Source: Stegostoma tigrinum (Eukaryota). Taken from it: a stretch of 64,000 bases of DNA. The stretch covers positions 8,127,464 to 8,191,463 of the forward strand of contig NC_081400.1 of NCBI RefSeq assembly GCF_030684315.1, read 5' to 3'. Position 1 is the stretch's first letter. Every line of letters starts with the position of its first letter. A program made the translations under genes and the position numbers. The notes under the pieces were generated by a model, which was not told the origin of the DNA, did no database searches, and was given only the letters and a program-made list of their open reading frames with translations. Of the stretch, positions 14,571 to 26,489 are shown one piece after another.

Positions 14571-16119
14571 TTATCTTGGCAAATATTGCTGACAATGAGA
14601 GTAAAGGATATTTATGAATTTGTCACATCTAATGGATTTTACCAATGTCGAGTTATGCCATTTGAATACAGGAATGCATCAGGCACATTTCAATGATTAG
14701 TGAATAGCATTAAATTTAAGGTGCCTAATCGTGCAAGTTGTTTGGACAACAACGTCATATAGAGTAATACGCGGAAGAAACACAGAGTAGAGATAAATCT
14801 TATTTACAGAATTACAGTCTGTCATATTGGTTTTAAAAGTAGCAAAGATTGATTTTGCATAAGGCAAGGTGATGTACCTAGGTCATACTATTAGGCAACA
14901 ACAGAAGTGAGAGCTGCAATTGATTTTACCACGCTGAAAACAAAATGGAAAATGAGAGGGTTCTTGGGAATGCGTGTCCTCAGTTGAAGGCTTGTAATTA
15001 ATTTAGTACAATTGGCTCCTGTATTAATTAGAGCTATTTTAATAAACTAAAATTTGCAGTCGATATTATCAGCTTTGAAGCTTGAAAAGAACTCTCACAG
15101 GATGATGAGGTTAGAATGAAAAGCTCATTCCTAATTTTCGCATGAAATTGAACAGAAGATATTTAACACTCTCTGATTGAGAAAGGACCATCAGCCGTGT
15201 TAACAGCTCTTCAAAACGTTGATGTTTGTGTTAGAAGTCGGCATTTTGAGTTAGTCTTACGGACTGTAATCCTCAGGTTTTTTTGATACGTTTAATATAT
15301 TAAACTCCATTATTGTTGATACAATATGTCATATCTGCATCAGTCTACATTAAGAAAACTTTACATGCGGCCAAGAATTTTAAAAAAGTGCAAATGCAGT
15401 TTTCTCACCCCAAATGTAAATTGCTATACATTGAAGAACGTGACCAGGAGAACTGAAAGATGAGTAAATATGTGGTGCATGGGAGAATGGATGTGAGTTC
15501 TGAATTTTGCTTATGTTCACATTATTACTAACCACATCATGAAAAAGACTTTCTTTAACGTAGCGTTTGATGTCTGAGGTTCTAAACATAACTTTTCGTT
15601 GCTTTAGTTTTATTCCTTTGTTGATATTGAATGGAAGTGAATTGCTGAGTTGATATCATTAGTTCCAATGATGTTAGAGTACAGTTAGGCCATTCAGACC
15701 ATCGAACCTGTTCCAGCATTCAACCATTCTCCTGCCTTCTCGCTGTAAATCTTTAGGGAGTTATAAATCAGAAAATATCTGTCGTTATCTTAAATGCACT
15801 CAATGACTTCGCCTGAAGATCCCTCTGTGCAATGGACACCACAGATTAACCACCGTTGTCGGTCGTTCACTCTGAAGTTGTGCTCCAGATTCAAGTCTCT
15901 CCTAGTAGAAACATCTTCTCCACATCCACTCTATCCAAGCTTCTCAGTTTTCTTCAAGCTTCAATCAGATCCTCCTCCATCCCTGCTGATGATCTGATGA
16001 TCAGACGAGCAGATATGTTTGGAAAGAGGGGCAAAACTTTGAAGATGTACAGTGACATTGATATTAATTACATCGCTCATAACCATTAAAACACAAATGA
16101 AATCACATTCAATATGTAC

Positions 16120-16420
16120 CTCTTTGATTATGAGACGATTTAGCTGATGAGAGCTTTAGCAGAGGTGGTTTGAATACATCTAGTGATGACAGCATCGTTC
16201 CTTGACTCTTTTGTTCGAATTCCAAAATGATTTCTCATGCTATATCTCCCGGTGCAGTCGATTGTCCCAGAAAAATCTGGCCAAAGTTCGACATCCCACG
16301 TGGAAACATTCCAGCAGATGGGGAGTGGACTTGTGACAACATTTTTCACCAAACGGATCAATGAAACATTTTCCACGGAAAACGTTTTATCCACCTGTAG
16401 AGACAAGAGTTCGGCAGCTC
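16120..16420 (-). pseudogene. Copy A C-domain exon
   Basis: 87-nt intron after VJ, ctcttcag| acceptor. WNVS and YS are retained, but the B-strand Cys is now Arg (LIR) and the F strand reads TRC vs TCS. Two TAA stops near the end; 301 nt (out of phase). Confidence 0.85.
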
Positions 16421-16507
16421 CTGAAGAGTGCGGAAGATGAGAAGAAAATACTGTTCAAAATTCCTGATTACTTAAGGCGAAATTAGTAAAACAGTCTTAA
16501 CGCTTAC

Positions 16508-16846
16508 CTGTTATGAACAATTTCGAACCATTTCCGAATATGAAGGGCATTCTGTTAATTTTTTTTCTGGCTGAACAATAGTATAGACCGGAATCACTTT
16601 TCTGGACGCTAGCAATCACAAGAATATAAACAGTAGAGTCGTTATTAACTTCCCCAGAATATCTCCCATGTGGTAGAAAGTGCTTGGTCACGATGTAAAC
16701 GCTTTGCACATGTTCTTGCTGCTGCTGTTTATATCAGTGAACAGAGAGACTGGCAACCCAACCTGTGTGACAATGAAACCTAACAAGACTTCCAACTGAG
16801 ACAGTTTCAACTGTTGGACCCCGTGAGAACACTGTCTGACAGATAA
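16508..16846 (-). pseudogene. Copy A V-J exon (TVFSRGPTVETVSVGSLVRFHCHTGWVASLSVH*YKQQQQEHVQSVYIVTKHFLPHGRYSGEVNNDSTVYILVIASVQKSDSGLYYCSARKKINRMPFIFGNGSKLFIT)
   Basis: The conserved Trp codon is TGA (16736-16734) and the phase-1 acceptor AG is missing (ctta|TTATC). The |gtaag donor is intact. About half the residues are identical to copy B by eye. Confidence 0.9.
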
Positions 16847-17857
16847 TAAGTGAAGAAAAAAAGTTAAAAATGTTGTGAGGCAAAATGAATTTTTATCAAG
16901 AAATATCAAAATCAACAAATTATCTGCTAAGGGAAATGGGACAAAAATCACATCATTTTACAATAGAGAAATGGTATGTGCAATTTTTGTCTATTTAGAG
17001 ACTTTTGACAGTATGATTCTTCACAACAAAATGAACATTACAAGGAGAGCTTCTACCAAGCCGAAGCTATTCGTGATATTACGCTGGAACTAGTGCTTGA
17101 ATCCATAATTTAGAAAAGCTAACCTGAAAGAAATTGGAGCACAGAGTTAAGAAAATCATTGTCTACAGCGAATATTCTTACCGTGAGGTTTGCACTGACT
17201 TTTCAATTTTGTTTTTTTGAGGCTGAAGCAGAGAAATCATGCTTTGAACTGCATGGCTGATGCAAGGAGCGCAGGCAGGTAAAAATAGCCGAATGGAAAA
17301 TATAGCACAACGTTTGGGATCGCAGTTAGCTTTCTGTTTTACACTTTAAGCGTGCACACATTTGCCTCTGAGCAACTGTAAGCCCAATGCAAATTTCTTT
17401 CAACTCGTGTAAAACATAGATTTTGACACTTCTTTTATAGACTTTGAAAAAAAATTCAAAATCATTCAGTTTTTTCACTAAAGTAACGATGCAGGGAACA
17501 ATATATTCTTTCTGCTGAGACATTAAACGAAGCCAACTCCATACAACTTCAGGCTGAGGTTCATATCAGATGTTCAATTAACACTCAAATAGTGCAAGTG
17601 CATATTGTTTGATTGTTTTGGGATATTTATTTTATTCTTGTGGCATCATGCTGATGAAGCCAATGTTAATGAATATATTTCTGGTTTTACGAGAGGAAAA
17701 AACATCCACAGGAAAAAAAATCCAAAGAACTGTGGACTCAGAACAAAAACAAAATAAAAAGCAGGCGCAGTTGGAAAACTTAGCTTTCTTATAACATCTG
17801 TGGATAAGAAATCAGAGTTGGCGTTTCGGCCCCAGTGATCCTTCTTCAGAGTGATTA

Positions 17858-18152
17858 GATTAGATTCCCTACAGTGTGGAAACAGGCCCTTCAGCCCAAC
17901 AAGTCCACACCGCCCCTTGAAGCATCCCACCCAGGCCCATCCCCCTATAGCCCACCCACCCCTGAACACCACAGGCAATTTAGCATGGCCAATCCACCTA
18001 GCCTGCACACCTTTGGACTGTGGGAGGAAACCAGAGCACCCGGAGGAAACCCACACAGACTCAGGGAGAATGTGCAAACTCCACACAGACAGTCGCCCGA
18101 GGCTGGAATCGAACCCAGGTCCCTGGCGCTGTGAGGCTACAGTGCTAACCAC
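17858..18152 (-). mobile_element. HE1/V-SINE-type SINE (young)
   Basis: tRNA-like head tggttagcactgtagcctc...gggttcgattcc, V-domain and CR1-like tail. Confidence 0.85.
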
Positions 18153-20249
18153 ATTCTTTGAAGGATCACTGGATCCAAAACGTTAATTCATATCTGTTGA
18201 GATTTTTCCAAAAGTGTTTTTGTTGTTAATAATAACACGTCTGTTCAACCACTTTATCTAACTATCCGAGTAATATAAATGAGCTGTGCACATGCAAAAC
18301 AAGATCCTGTTGATCATCGAAAACTCCCAGGATTATACCTTTTATCATTTATTTCCTTGTCTTGTTTGTCCTGCCCAACGATGTTTATTTCATATTTATC
18401 AGGTTGAATTATATTTCCAACTGATCACTCCACCTGATTACCCTGTTCATATCTTCTTGCAGTAAAAAGCTACACTCCCCACTATTTACAGTCCCACCGT
18501 TTTATAGCATTTGCAAACTTACTAATCAATCTACTTACTTTCAAATCTGAATAAGTTATTTGATGAAACAGCAAGTTGCCAACACTGACCCCTGTACTGC
18601 CCACAGACTTCTAGTTGGAAAATTACCCCTCAACCAGCACTCTGTATTTCCTGCGACAGAACCAATTGTGGATCCACCTTGCCACGTTTCTTTGAAAACC
18701 AAAGGCTCTTGTCCTTTCCTATCAGTGATCAATGCGTCTCCTTATCACCTTATGTTGAAATCCAAGTAAACTGCATCAAAACCATTACCTTCATCTACAC
18801 ATCTGTTTACCACTTCAACACCTTTAATTAAGTTGATAGCCCTGCCTTCCACTTAACTAAACCACCCTGACTGCATTTGAAGAATCCATGTCTCTCCAAA
18901 TGCAGATTAATTTTGCCGCCTACAATTGCTTCATTTAGTTTCCCCACCACTCAGGTTACGCTGACCCACCTGCTGTCTCCCTGGCTTTGTTTTTGCATAA
19001 CGGAGCCTCGATAGTTGTTTTTCAGTCCTCGAGCACCTGCCTTCGTGATTCTGAAGAAGAGTCACTGGACCTGAAACTTTAACTCTGATTTCACTCCACA
19101 GATGCTGCCAGACCTTCTGAGTTTTTATAAGAAATTCTGTTCATTTTATTGTTTGGAACAGCTTGCTTTGCAAAAGAACCCCTGCTGTACTCAAGATATT
19201 ACAGCTTTGATACATAAGAATCATATGTCATTGAGTGTAACACGTTGGAGCGATTCTTGCTACTTAAGTAGAAGCCTTCCTCAATGTTTCACTCTAAGCT
19301 TTGTTAAGCATTGGTTCCAACATCACAGCGAGGATAAGTCAGACGTCACTAGTTCAGCGATAGTCCTGTTCTTATGAGACTCCTGAGCACATGAATATTG
19401 AATTGTGCCGATTTCTTGACTCAGCTGCTGCATGCCAATAAGGTCACATCTCGTTGTAGAAACAAACCCAATCAGTTTTGATTGCAGTTATAACCTAATT
19501 ATTGATGGATTCGTGTACAATAATTTACATTTTCATTTGGAACATTTCAGAAAACTTTTAATGATTGTAATGGTGTACTTGTATATCACGAGACTGGTAA
19601 TGCTGTGTACTTATTTTTCATACTTTATTGCGATCTGTTTATCACATTTTACCTTTGTAAGGGAAGTATTTGGGAGTATTCTGTCCCTTATAATGAATTT
19701 AGTTTATGAATGTTTTCCATGTCGAAGGCAGTAAGGGAGGAAATGTCTTTTTTTGACCATTCAAATTGGAGGTGCTGGTGAATTGAAGGTTCATTTGTCT
19801 CGTTTCATTTTGCAGATAAATCTTGAGCATGCATATTATTTGCACTTTCCAAATTGATCATAAAGAATGGCGATTACATTTTATTACTTAGTTCTCTGCA
19901 GCTTAGGCGTAGTGGAAGCATAAAAATCATTCTCTTAACAGTTACAAATTAAAAATGCACGTTTTTATTGGGATAACGGGGCGAGAGAATTAGAAATTAT
20001 GTATACAAATTTTCGAGCACTTTATTGGCAGAACAGGGACCCAGCTTTCTCATTTTTCTGATCTGAGACTCACAAGATAGTTCCAGAGCTTTTGCTCGTT
20101 GAAGTGATTAAGTTGCATGGCAATTTATGAATAATCATCACAAATCCAAAATAAGCTGTTGCTTCAAAACGATAAATATAAAAATAAAAATAAACTGCTT
20201 TACCTTAGCTGCAGTCTTCCGGGTCCGTCTTACCTCCGCTGCTGCTCGC

Positions 20250-23200
20250 ACTCCTCCTGCAGAATGTGGCAGTTGGGAGACGTGGCACACGTCTCCACTG
20301 GCTACATCTGCGGGAAGTGCACCCAACTACAGCTCCTTGAAAACCGTGTTAGGGAAATGGAGCTGGAGCTGGATGAACTACGGATCATTCGGGAGGCAGA
20401 GGGGGTAATTGAGAGGAGTTACCGGGAGTTGGTCACTCCTAAGGCTCAGGACGAAGATAGATGGGTTACAGTTAGGGGGAGGAAAGGGGACAGACAGACA
20501 GTGCAGAGATCCCCTGTGGGCATTCCCCTCAGCAATAAGTATTAATTTTGGATACTGCTGGGGGGGATGACCTACCAGAGGAAAGCCATAGTAGTCAGTT
20601 CTCTGGCACTGAGCCTGACACTGTGGCAAAGAAGGGAAGGGGGCAGAATAGAAAAGTACTCGTGGTAGGGGACTCGATAGTTAGGGGAATCGACAGGAGA
20701 TTTTGTGGTCAGGATCGGGATTCCCGGAAGGTATGTTGCCTCCCTGGTGCCAGGGTCTGGGATGTCTCCGATTGGGTGTATAAGGTTCTAAAAGGGGAGG
20801 GCGAACAGCCAGAAATCGTGTTACATATTGGCACTAATGATATAGCCAGAAATAGGATTGAGGATATAAAAAGTGATTTCAGGGAGTTAGGATGGAAGCT
20901 GCAAAGCAGGACGAACAGAGTAGTGTTCTCTCGTTTACTACTGGTGCCATGAGATAGCGAGGCGAGGAACAGGGAGCGGGCGCAGCTTAACACGTGGCTA
21001 CGCAGCTGGTGTAGGAGGGAGGGCTTCAGATATGTAGACAATTGGGATGTCTTCTGGGGAAGGTGGGACCTGTACAAGAAGGATGGGTTGCATCTGAACT
21101 GGAAGGGGACCAATGTCCTGGGTGGAAGGTTTGCTCGAGTACTTCTAGAGGGTTTAAACTAGTATGGCAGGAGGGTGGGAACCTGACCTGTATACCGGAG
21201 GTGAGAGTTGATGCAGGTGAGGCAGTAGCAAGAGGTAGACCAGCTAGTGGGAAGGATTTTCCTGGGAAGAAACCAAGGGATCAGTTCAAGTGTGTTTGCT
21301 TTAACGCAAGGAGTATCAGGAATATAAGTGATGAACTTAGAGCGTGGATCAGTACCTGGTGCTATGATGTTGTGGCCATAACAGAGACATGGGTTTCTCA
21401 TGGGCAGGAATGGTTGCTGGATGTTCCAGGTTTTAGAACATTTAAAAAGAATAGGGAGGGGGGAAAAAGAGGAGGGGGTGTAGCACTACTAATCAGAGAG
21501 GGTATCACAGCTACAGAAGCTTCCATTGTCGAGGAAGATCTGCCTACTGAGTCAGTATGGGTGGAAATTAGGAACAGCAAGGGAGTAGTCACCTCGTTAG
21601 GGGTTTACTACAGGCCCCCCAATAGCAGCAGGGAGATTGAAGAAAGCGTAGGTCGGCAGATTTTGGAAAAGTGTGGACGTAGTAGGGTTGTTGTAGTGGA
21701 TGACTTTAACTTTCCTAATATTGATTGGAACCTCCTTCGAGCAGAAGATTAGAATGGAGCTGTTTTTGTAAGGTGTGTTCAGGAGGGTTTCCTAACGCAG
21801 TATGTTGACAGGCCGACGAGGGGAGAGGCCATTCTAGACTTGGTGCTCGGAAACGAGCCGGGGCAGGTATCAGATCTTGTCGTGGGAGAGCATTTTGGTG
21901 ATAGTGACCATAACTGCCTCACATTCTACATAGCTATGGAGAAGGAGAGGATTAGGCAAAATGGGAGGATATTTAATTGGGGAAGAGGAAACTTTGACGC
22001 GATTAGACATGAGTTAGGAAGCATGGAGGGAGCAATTATTCCATGGTAAGGGCACTATAGACATGTGGAGACTGTTTAAGGAACAGTTGTTGCAAGTGAT
22101 GAGTAAATATGTCCCTCTGAGACAGGCAAGAAGGGGTAAGATAAAGGAACCTTGGATGACGAGAGCGGTGGAGCTTCTTGTGAAAAGGAAGAAGGCAGCT
22201 TACATAAGGTGGAGGAAGCTAGGGTCAAGTTCAGCTAGAGAGGATTACACGCAGGCAAGGAAGGAGCTCAAAAATGGTCTGAGGAGAGCCAGGAGGGGGC
22301 ACAAGAAAGGCTTGACAGAAGGAATCCGGGAAAACACAAAGGCATTTTACACTTACGTGAGGAATAAGAGAATGATCAAAGAAAGAGTAGGGCCGAACAG
22401 GGATAGCATCGGGAACTTGTGTGTGGAGTCTGAGGAGGTAGGGGAAGCCGTAAATGAGTTTTTTGCTTCTGTCTTTACGAAAGAAACGAACTTTGTAGTG
22501 AATGAAACCTTTGAAGAGCAGGTGTGCATGCCGGAATGGACAGAGATAGAGAAAGCTAATGTGCTGAAAATTTTGTCAAACATTAAGATTGACAAGTCGC
22601 CAGGCCCGGACCAGATTTGTCCTCGGCTGCTTTGGGAAGCAAGAAATGCAATTGCTTTGCCACTTGCGAGGATCTTTGCATCCTCGCTCTCCACTGGAGT
22701 CGTACCTAAGGACTGGAGAGAGGCAAATGTAATTCCACTCTTCAAGAAAGGAAATAGGGAAATCCCCGGCAATTACAGACCAGTAAGTCTCACGTCTGTC
22801 GTCTGCAAGGTGTTAGAAAGGATTCTGAGGGATAGGATTTATGACCATCTGGAAGAGAATGGCTTGATCAAATGCAGTCAACACGGCTTTGTGAGGGGCA
22901 GGTCATGCCTCACAAACCTTATCGAGTTCTTTGAGGATGTGACTAGAAAAGTTAATGAGGGTCGAGCTGTGGATGTGGTGTATATGGACTTCAGTAAGGC
23001 ATTTGATAAGGTTGCCCATGTTAGGCTCATTCAGAAGGTCAGGAGGAATGGGATACAGGGGAATGTAGCTGTCTGGATACAGAATTGGCTGGCCAACAGA
23101 AGGCAGCGAGTGGTAGTAGAAGGAAAATATTCTGCCTGGAAGTCAGTGGTGAGTGGTGTTCCACAGGGCTCTGTCCTTGGGCCTCTACTGTTTGTAATTT

Positions 23201-24142
23201 TTATTAATGACTTGGATGAGGGGATTGAAGGATGGGTCAGCAAGTTTGCAGATGACACAAAGGTCGGAGGTGTCATTGACAGTATAGAGGGCTGTTGTAG
23301 GCTGCAGCGGGACATTGGCAGGATGCAGAGATGGGCTGAGAGGTGGCAGATGGAGTTCAACCTGGATAAATGCGAGGTGATGCATTTTGGAAGGTCGAAT
23401 TTGAAAGCTGAGTACAGGATTAAGGATAGGATTCTTGGCAGTGTGGAGGAACAAAGGGATCTTGGTGTGCAGATACATAGATCCCTTAAAATGGCCACCC
23501 AAGTGGACAGGGTTGTTAAGAAAGCAGATGGTGTTTTGGCTTTCATTAACAGGGGGATTGAGTTTAAGAGTCGTGAGATCTTGTTGCAGCTCTATAAAAC
23601 TTTGGTTGACTGCACTTGGAATACTGCGTCCAGTTCTGGTCGCCCTATTATAGGAAAGATGTGGATGTTTTGGAGAGGGTTCAGAGGAGGTTTACCAGGA
23701 TGCTGCCTGGACTGGAGGGCTTATCTTATGAAGAGCGGTTGACTGAGCTCGGACTTTTTTCATTGGAGAAAAAGAGGAGGAGAGGGGAGCTAATTGAGGT
23801 ATACAAGATAATGAGAGGCATAGATAGAGTTGATAGCCAGAGACTATTTCCCAGGACAGAAAAGGCTAACACGAGGGGTCATAGTTTTAAGTTGGTTGGA
23901 GGAAAGTATAGAGGGGATGTCAGAGGCGGGTTCTTTACACAGAGAGTTGTGAGAGCATGGAATGCGTTGCCAGCAGCAGTTGTGGAAGCAAGGTCATTGG
24001 GGTCATTTAAGAGACTGCTGGACATGCATATGGTCACAGAAATTTGAGGGTGCATACATGATGATCAATGGTCAGCACAACATTGTGGGCTGAAGGGCCT
24101 GTTCTGTGCTGTACTGTTCTATGCTCTATGTTCTATGTTCTA
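20250..24142 (+). mobile_element. Near full-length young CR1 LINE: ORF1 (Cys zinc finger, coiled coil, SGNH esterase) and ORF2 (APE endonuclease + RT)
   Basis: ORF1 CxxC/CGKC, VVGDSIVR, HIGTND, DGLHL. ORF2 [43 protein letters not shown]. Few stops or frameshifts. (TTCTATG)n tail. Confidence 0.96.
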
Positions 24143-24302
24143 GGATTCACAATGTTTCAACTCATCATATTGTTGTAGAAATTGCCTAATACAGACAGTG
24201 GAAACATAAAAGATCTCTTAACTTGATATGGTAATTTATGGATGTGGAATTCTTTTTTTCTTTTCATGTGTGTAAGTAATTAATGATCTCCTAGAAAAAA
24301 AT

Positions 24303-24485
24303 ATAGAACATAGAACAGTACAACACAGTACAGACCCTTCAGCGCATGATGTTGAGCCAAACTTTTACCCTAATCCTAAGGCCTATCTAACCCCCATTCC
24401 TACCTTTCTACTGTCATCCACGTGCCTATCTAATAGTCGTTTAAATGTCCCTAATGAGGCCGACTCCACTGCTCTCTCCGGCATA
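24303..24485 (-). mobile_element. CR1 3' fragment
   Basis: atagaacatagaaca tail and CR1 3' UTR in reverse orientation. Confidence 0.75.
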
Positions 24486-26489
24486 GAGATGATCCACCAA
24501 GGAAGATGATATAGCTTTGCAGAATTTCAACACATTTGGACTCATTCTTAAATAATTCTGATGTTGATCCTTGTCTTATCTTCTCTACTTGCCTGATTGT
24601 GAGGCCTTGTTCCAATTTAAAACAAGAGAGAAGCAGTTTGAATGGGTGGGCTCAATATCTCACAGAAGAGGATTTTTTTTTGGTTTTGGCCTTCAGTAGC
24701 GTTTGCTCGAACCTTGAAGTTTGATGTTTATACTTTTATTCCTCTCCCTGTCAAAGCTAAAAGCTGTTTTGTTTTTCCTGTTGCTAGAATTAGATGCTTG
24801 ACAATATGTTTTTATGAATTTGCTTTTGCCATGGGTGCCTTTATGAGATGTTATAATATTTGAACTGTTAATGAGTAGTAGTTAATGTATCTATTATAGC
24901 AGAAACAACGGAAGAAAGACACTTGTGACGTGAGCTTAACAGAGGAAAGGTTGGAGAAGGCAGAAAGTTCCAGAAGAAAGTCTGTGTGTACTTGGAGAGA
25001 TAAAGTTTTATAGTTTATCATTGTTTTATTAATTAGATTTATACAGTGGTACTTGTGTTTATTTGAACGGCATTCTAGCAGAATTTAGACTAGTCATGGA
25101 ATAGTTAGTCCTAAGGTGGGAACTGATCAGTTTGTCAATAATTCTGTCAATTTGGTCATTGTTGGGGTTTAACGTATAAGTTGTTTCATATTATTTATAA
25201 AGTGGATCGGAATTTTCTTTCTTTTAGCCAAATCTTTTAACAGAGTACGAGGGAAAGCCGAGCTTCACTGCTTGCATTGGGGATGATTGTTAGAAGGGAT
25301 TTCTATTTCCGTGATAAAAGATTGAGGATTGTACTTTAGTATAATAAAGCAGAGGGGTTTGGCCATTCCCCCTCCAAAACAGTAAGAGGGAATTAGATCT
25401 CATTGAAGATAATAAAGATAGCTTACTACTAGGTTTTTTAAAAAAGGAAACTCATGATGGGGGAAGTGAAGATAAAAATCTCAGGTGTTTTCATTGGAAT
25501 AAAGTAGGCAACATGAAGTCACAGTGTTGGTGGTTTAGGCAAAACCATCGGAAAATGGCTGTAGGAGGGAAAAAAGGGCACACTTGTTATTTTTGCTAAA
25601 GTAGTAACTGAAATTGGAGGATGCCCTGTTCAAAAGTTGGATGAAAAGGACATTCCAGATCTTCATAAACCATGGGAAGGTACGGTTGACTCGTATATGC
25701 CAGGAGCAGCAGAAGTTAACAGTATTAACAGATTTGGTATCATGTCAATCTTTGATGTTCAGATGAGGAGATATGGAAGGCAGAAGGACTATTGCTCAAA
25801 AATATGCTGGTACCTGGAATTCGTGGAGAGATGAGAAGTGTTCGATTATGTAGAGTAATGTTGGAGTATCTGGCAAAAAGTGAAGAATGATGTTTGGAAT
25901 ACTGGGGACACCCTCAGTTTCAAAAATATAATTTGTCCTTGGTAACATTATACCTGGATCACAAGTCCGAGTGCTGCTTACTCTAGTTGAAATGAGTGTG
26001 GAAAATCAGCCAACTGATGTATTACAGGAAGTATATCCTGAGATTTTTGCTGACAGTGTGTTAACAAGGTCACAGAGCCATTGGTTGAAACAGAAGTAGA
26101 AATCAAAGATTACACATTACAAGTTGAAATAGAATTATCAGAGATAATGTTTAAGAAAAAAAAATCATTCAGGAACAGGTGGTGGTCAAAATGGATGTTT
26201 TTAGTGATAACAAGGTGTAGAGTTGGATGAACACAGCAGGCCAAGCAGCATCAGAGGAGCAGGAAAGCTAACCTTTCGGGTCGATACCCTTCCTCAGAAT
26301 GCACTCCCTACTACCTCCAGATATTATAAATTCAGGGAAATTAACTGGATTATAACGGAAGGATTAAAAATTGAAGCAATTGTTTCGAAAAGTGTGCATA
26401 GAAGAAGAATCTGAGTGTATTCCCAAATGTTACTATCTCAATAAGAAAGTGGAGACCACCACATTTTCTGAAGACAAGAAATGGTCAGA

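Larger units (their letters stand above)
10110..15400 (+). mobile_element. Highly decayed Gypsy LTR element (integrase ~11300-11860, RT ~13900-14950) with nested LINE/SINE/Penelope fragments
   Basis: GLP...DQGSN and SPFKLAYGHEVR integrase remnants, then KIDL and YQCRVMPFEYRNASGTFQ RT remnants. Confidence 0.65.
6128..17159 (-). pseudogene. Copy A: disabled paralog of the VJ-C1-TM-ITIM receptor
   Basis: Leader 17124-17159, VJ ~16508-16846, C 16120-16420, TM ~7108-7216, probable cytoplasmic exon ~6910-6974 and ITIM exon 6128-6172, in the same order as copy B, with multiple lesions. Confidence 0.88.

Noticed and set aside
18090-18152. tRNA genes
   Set aside because: The tRNA-like A/B boxes are SINE heads that continue into SINE bodies.
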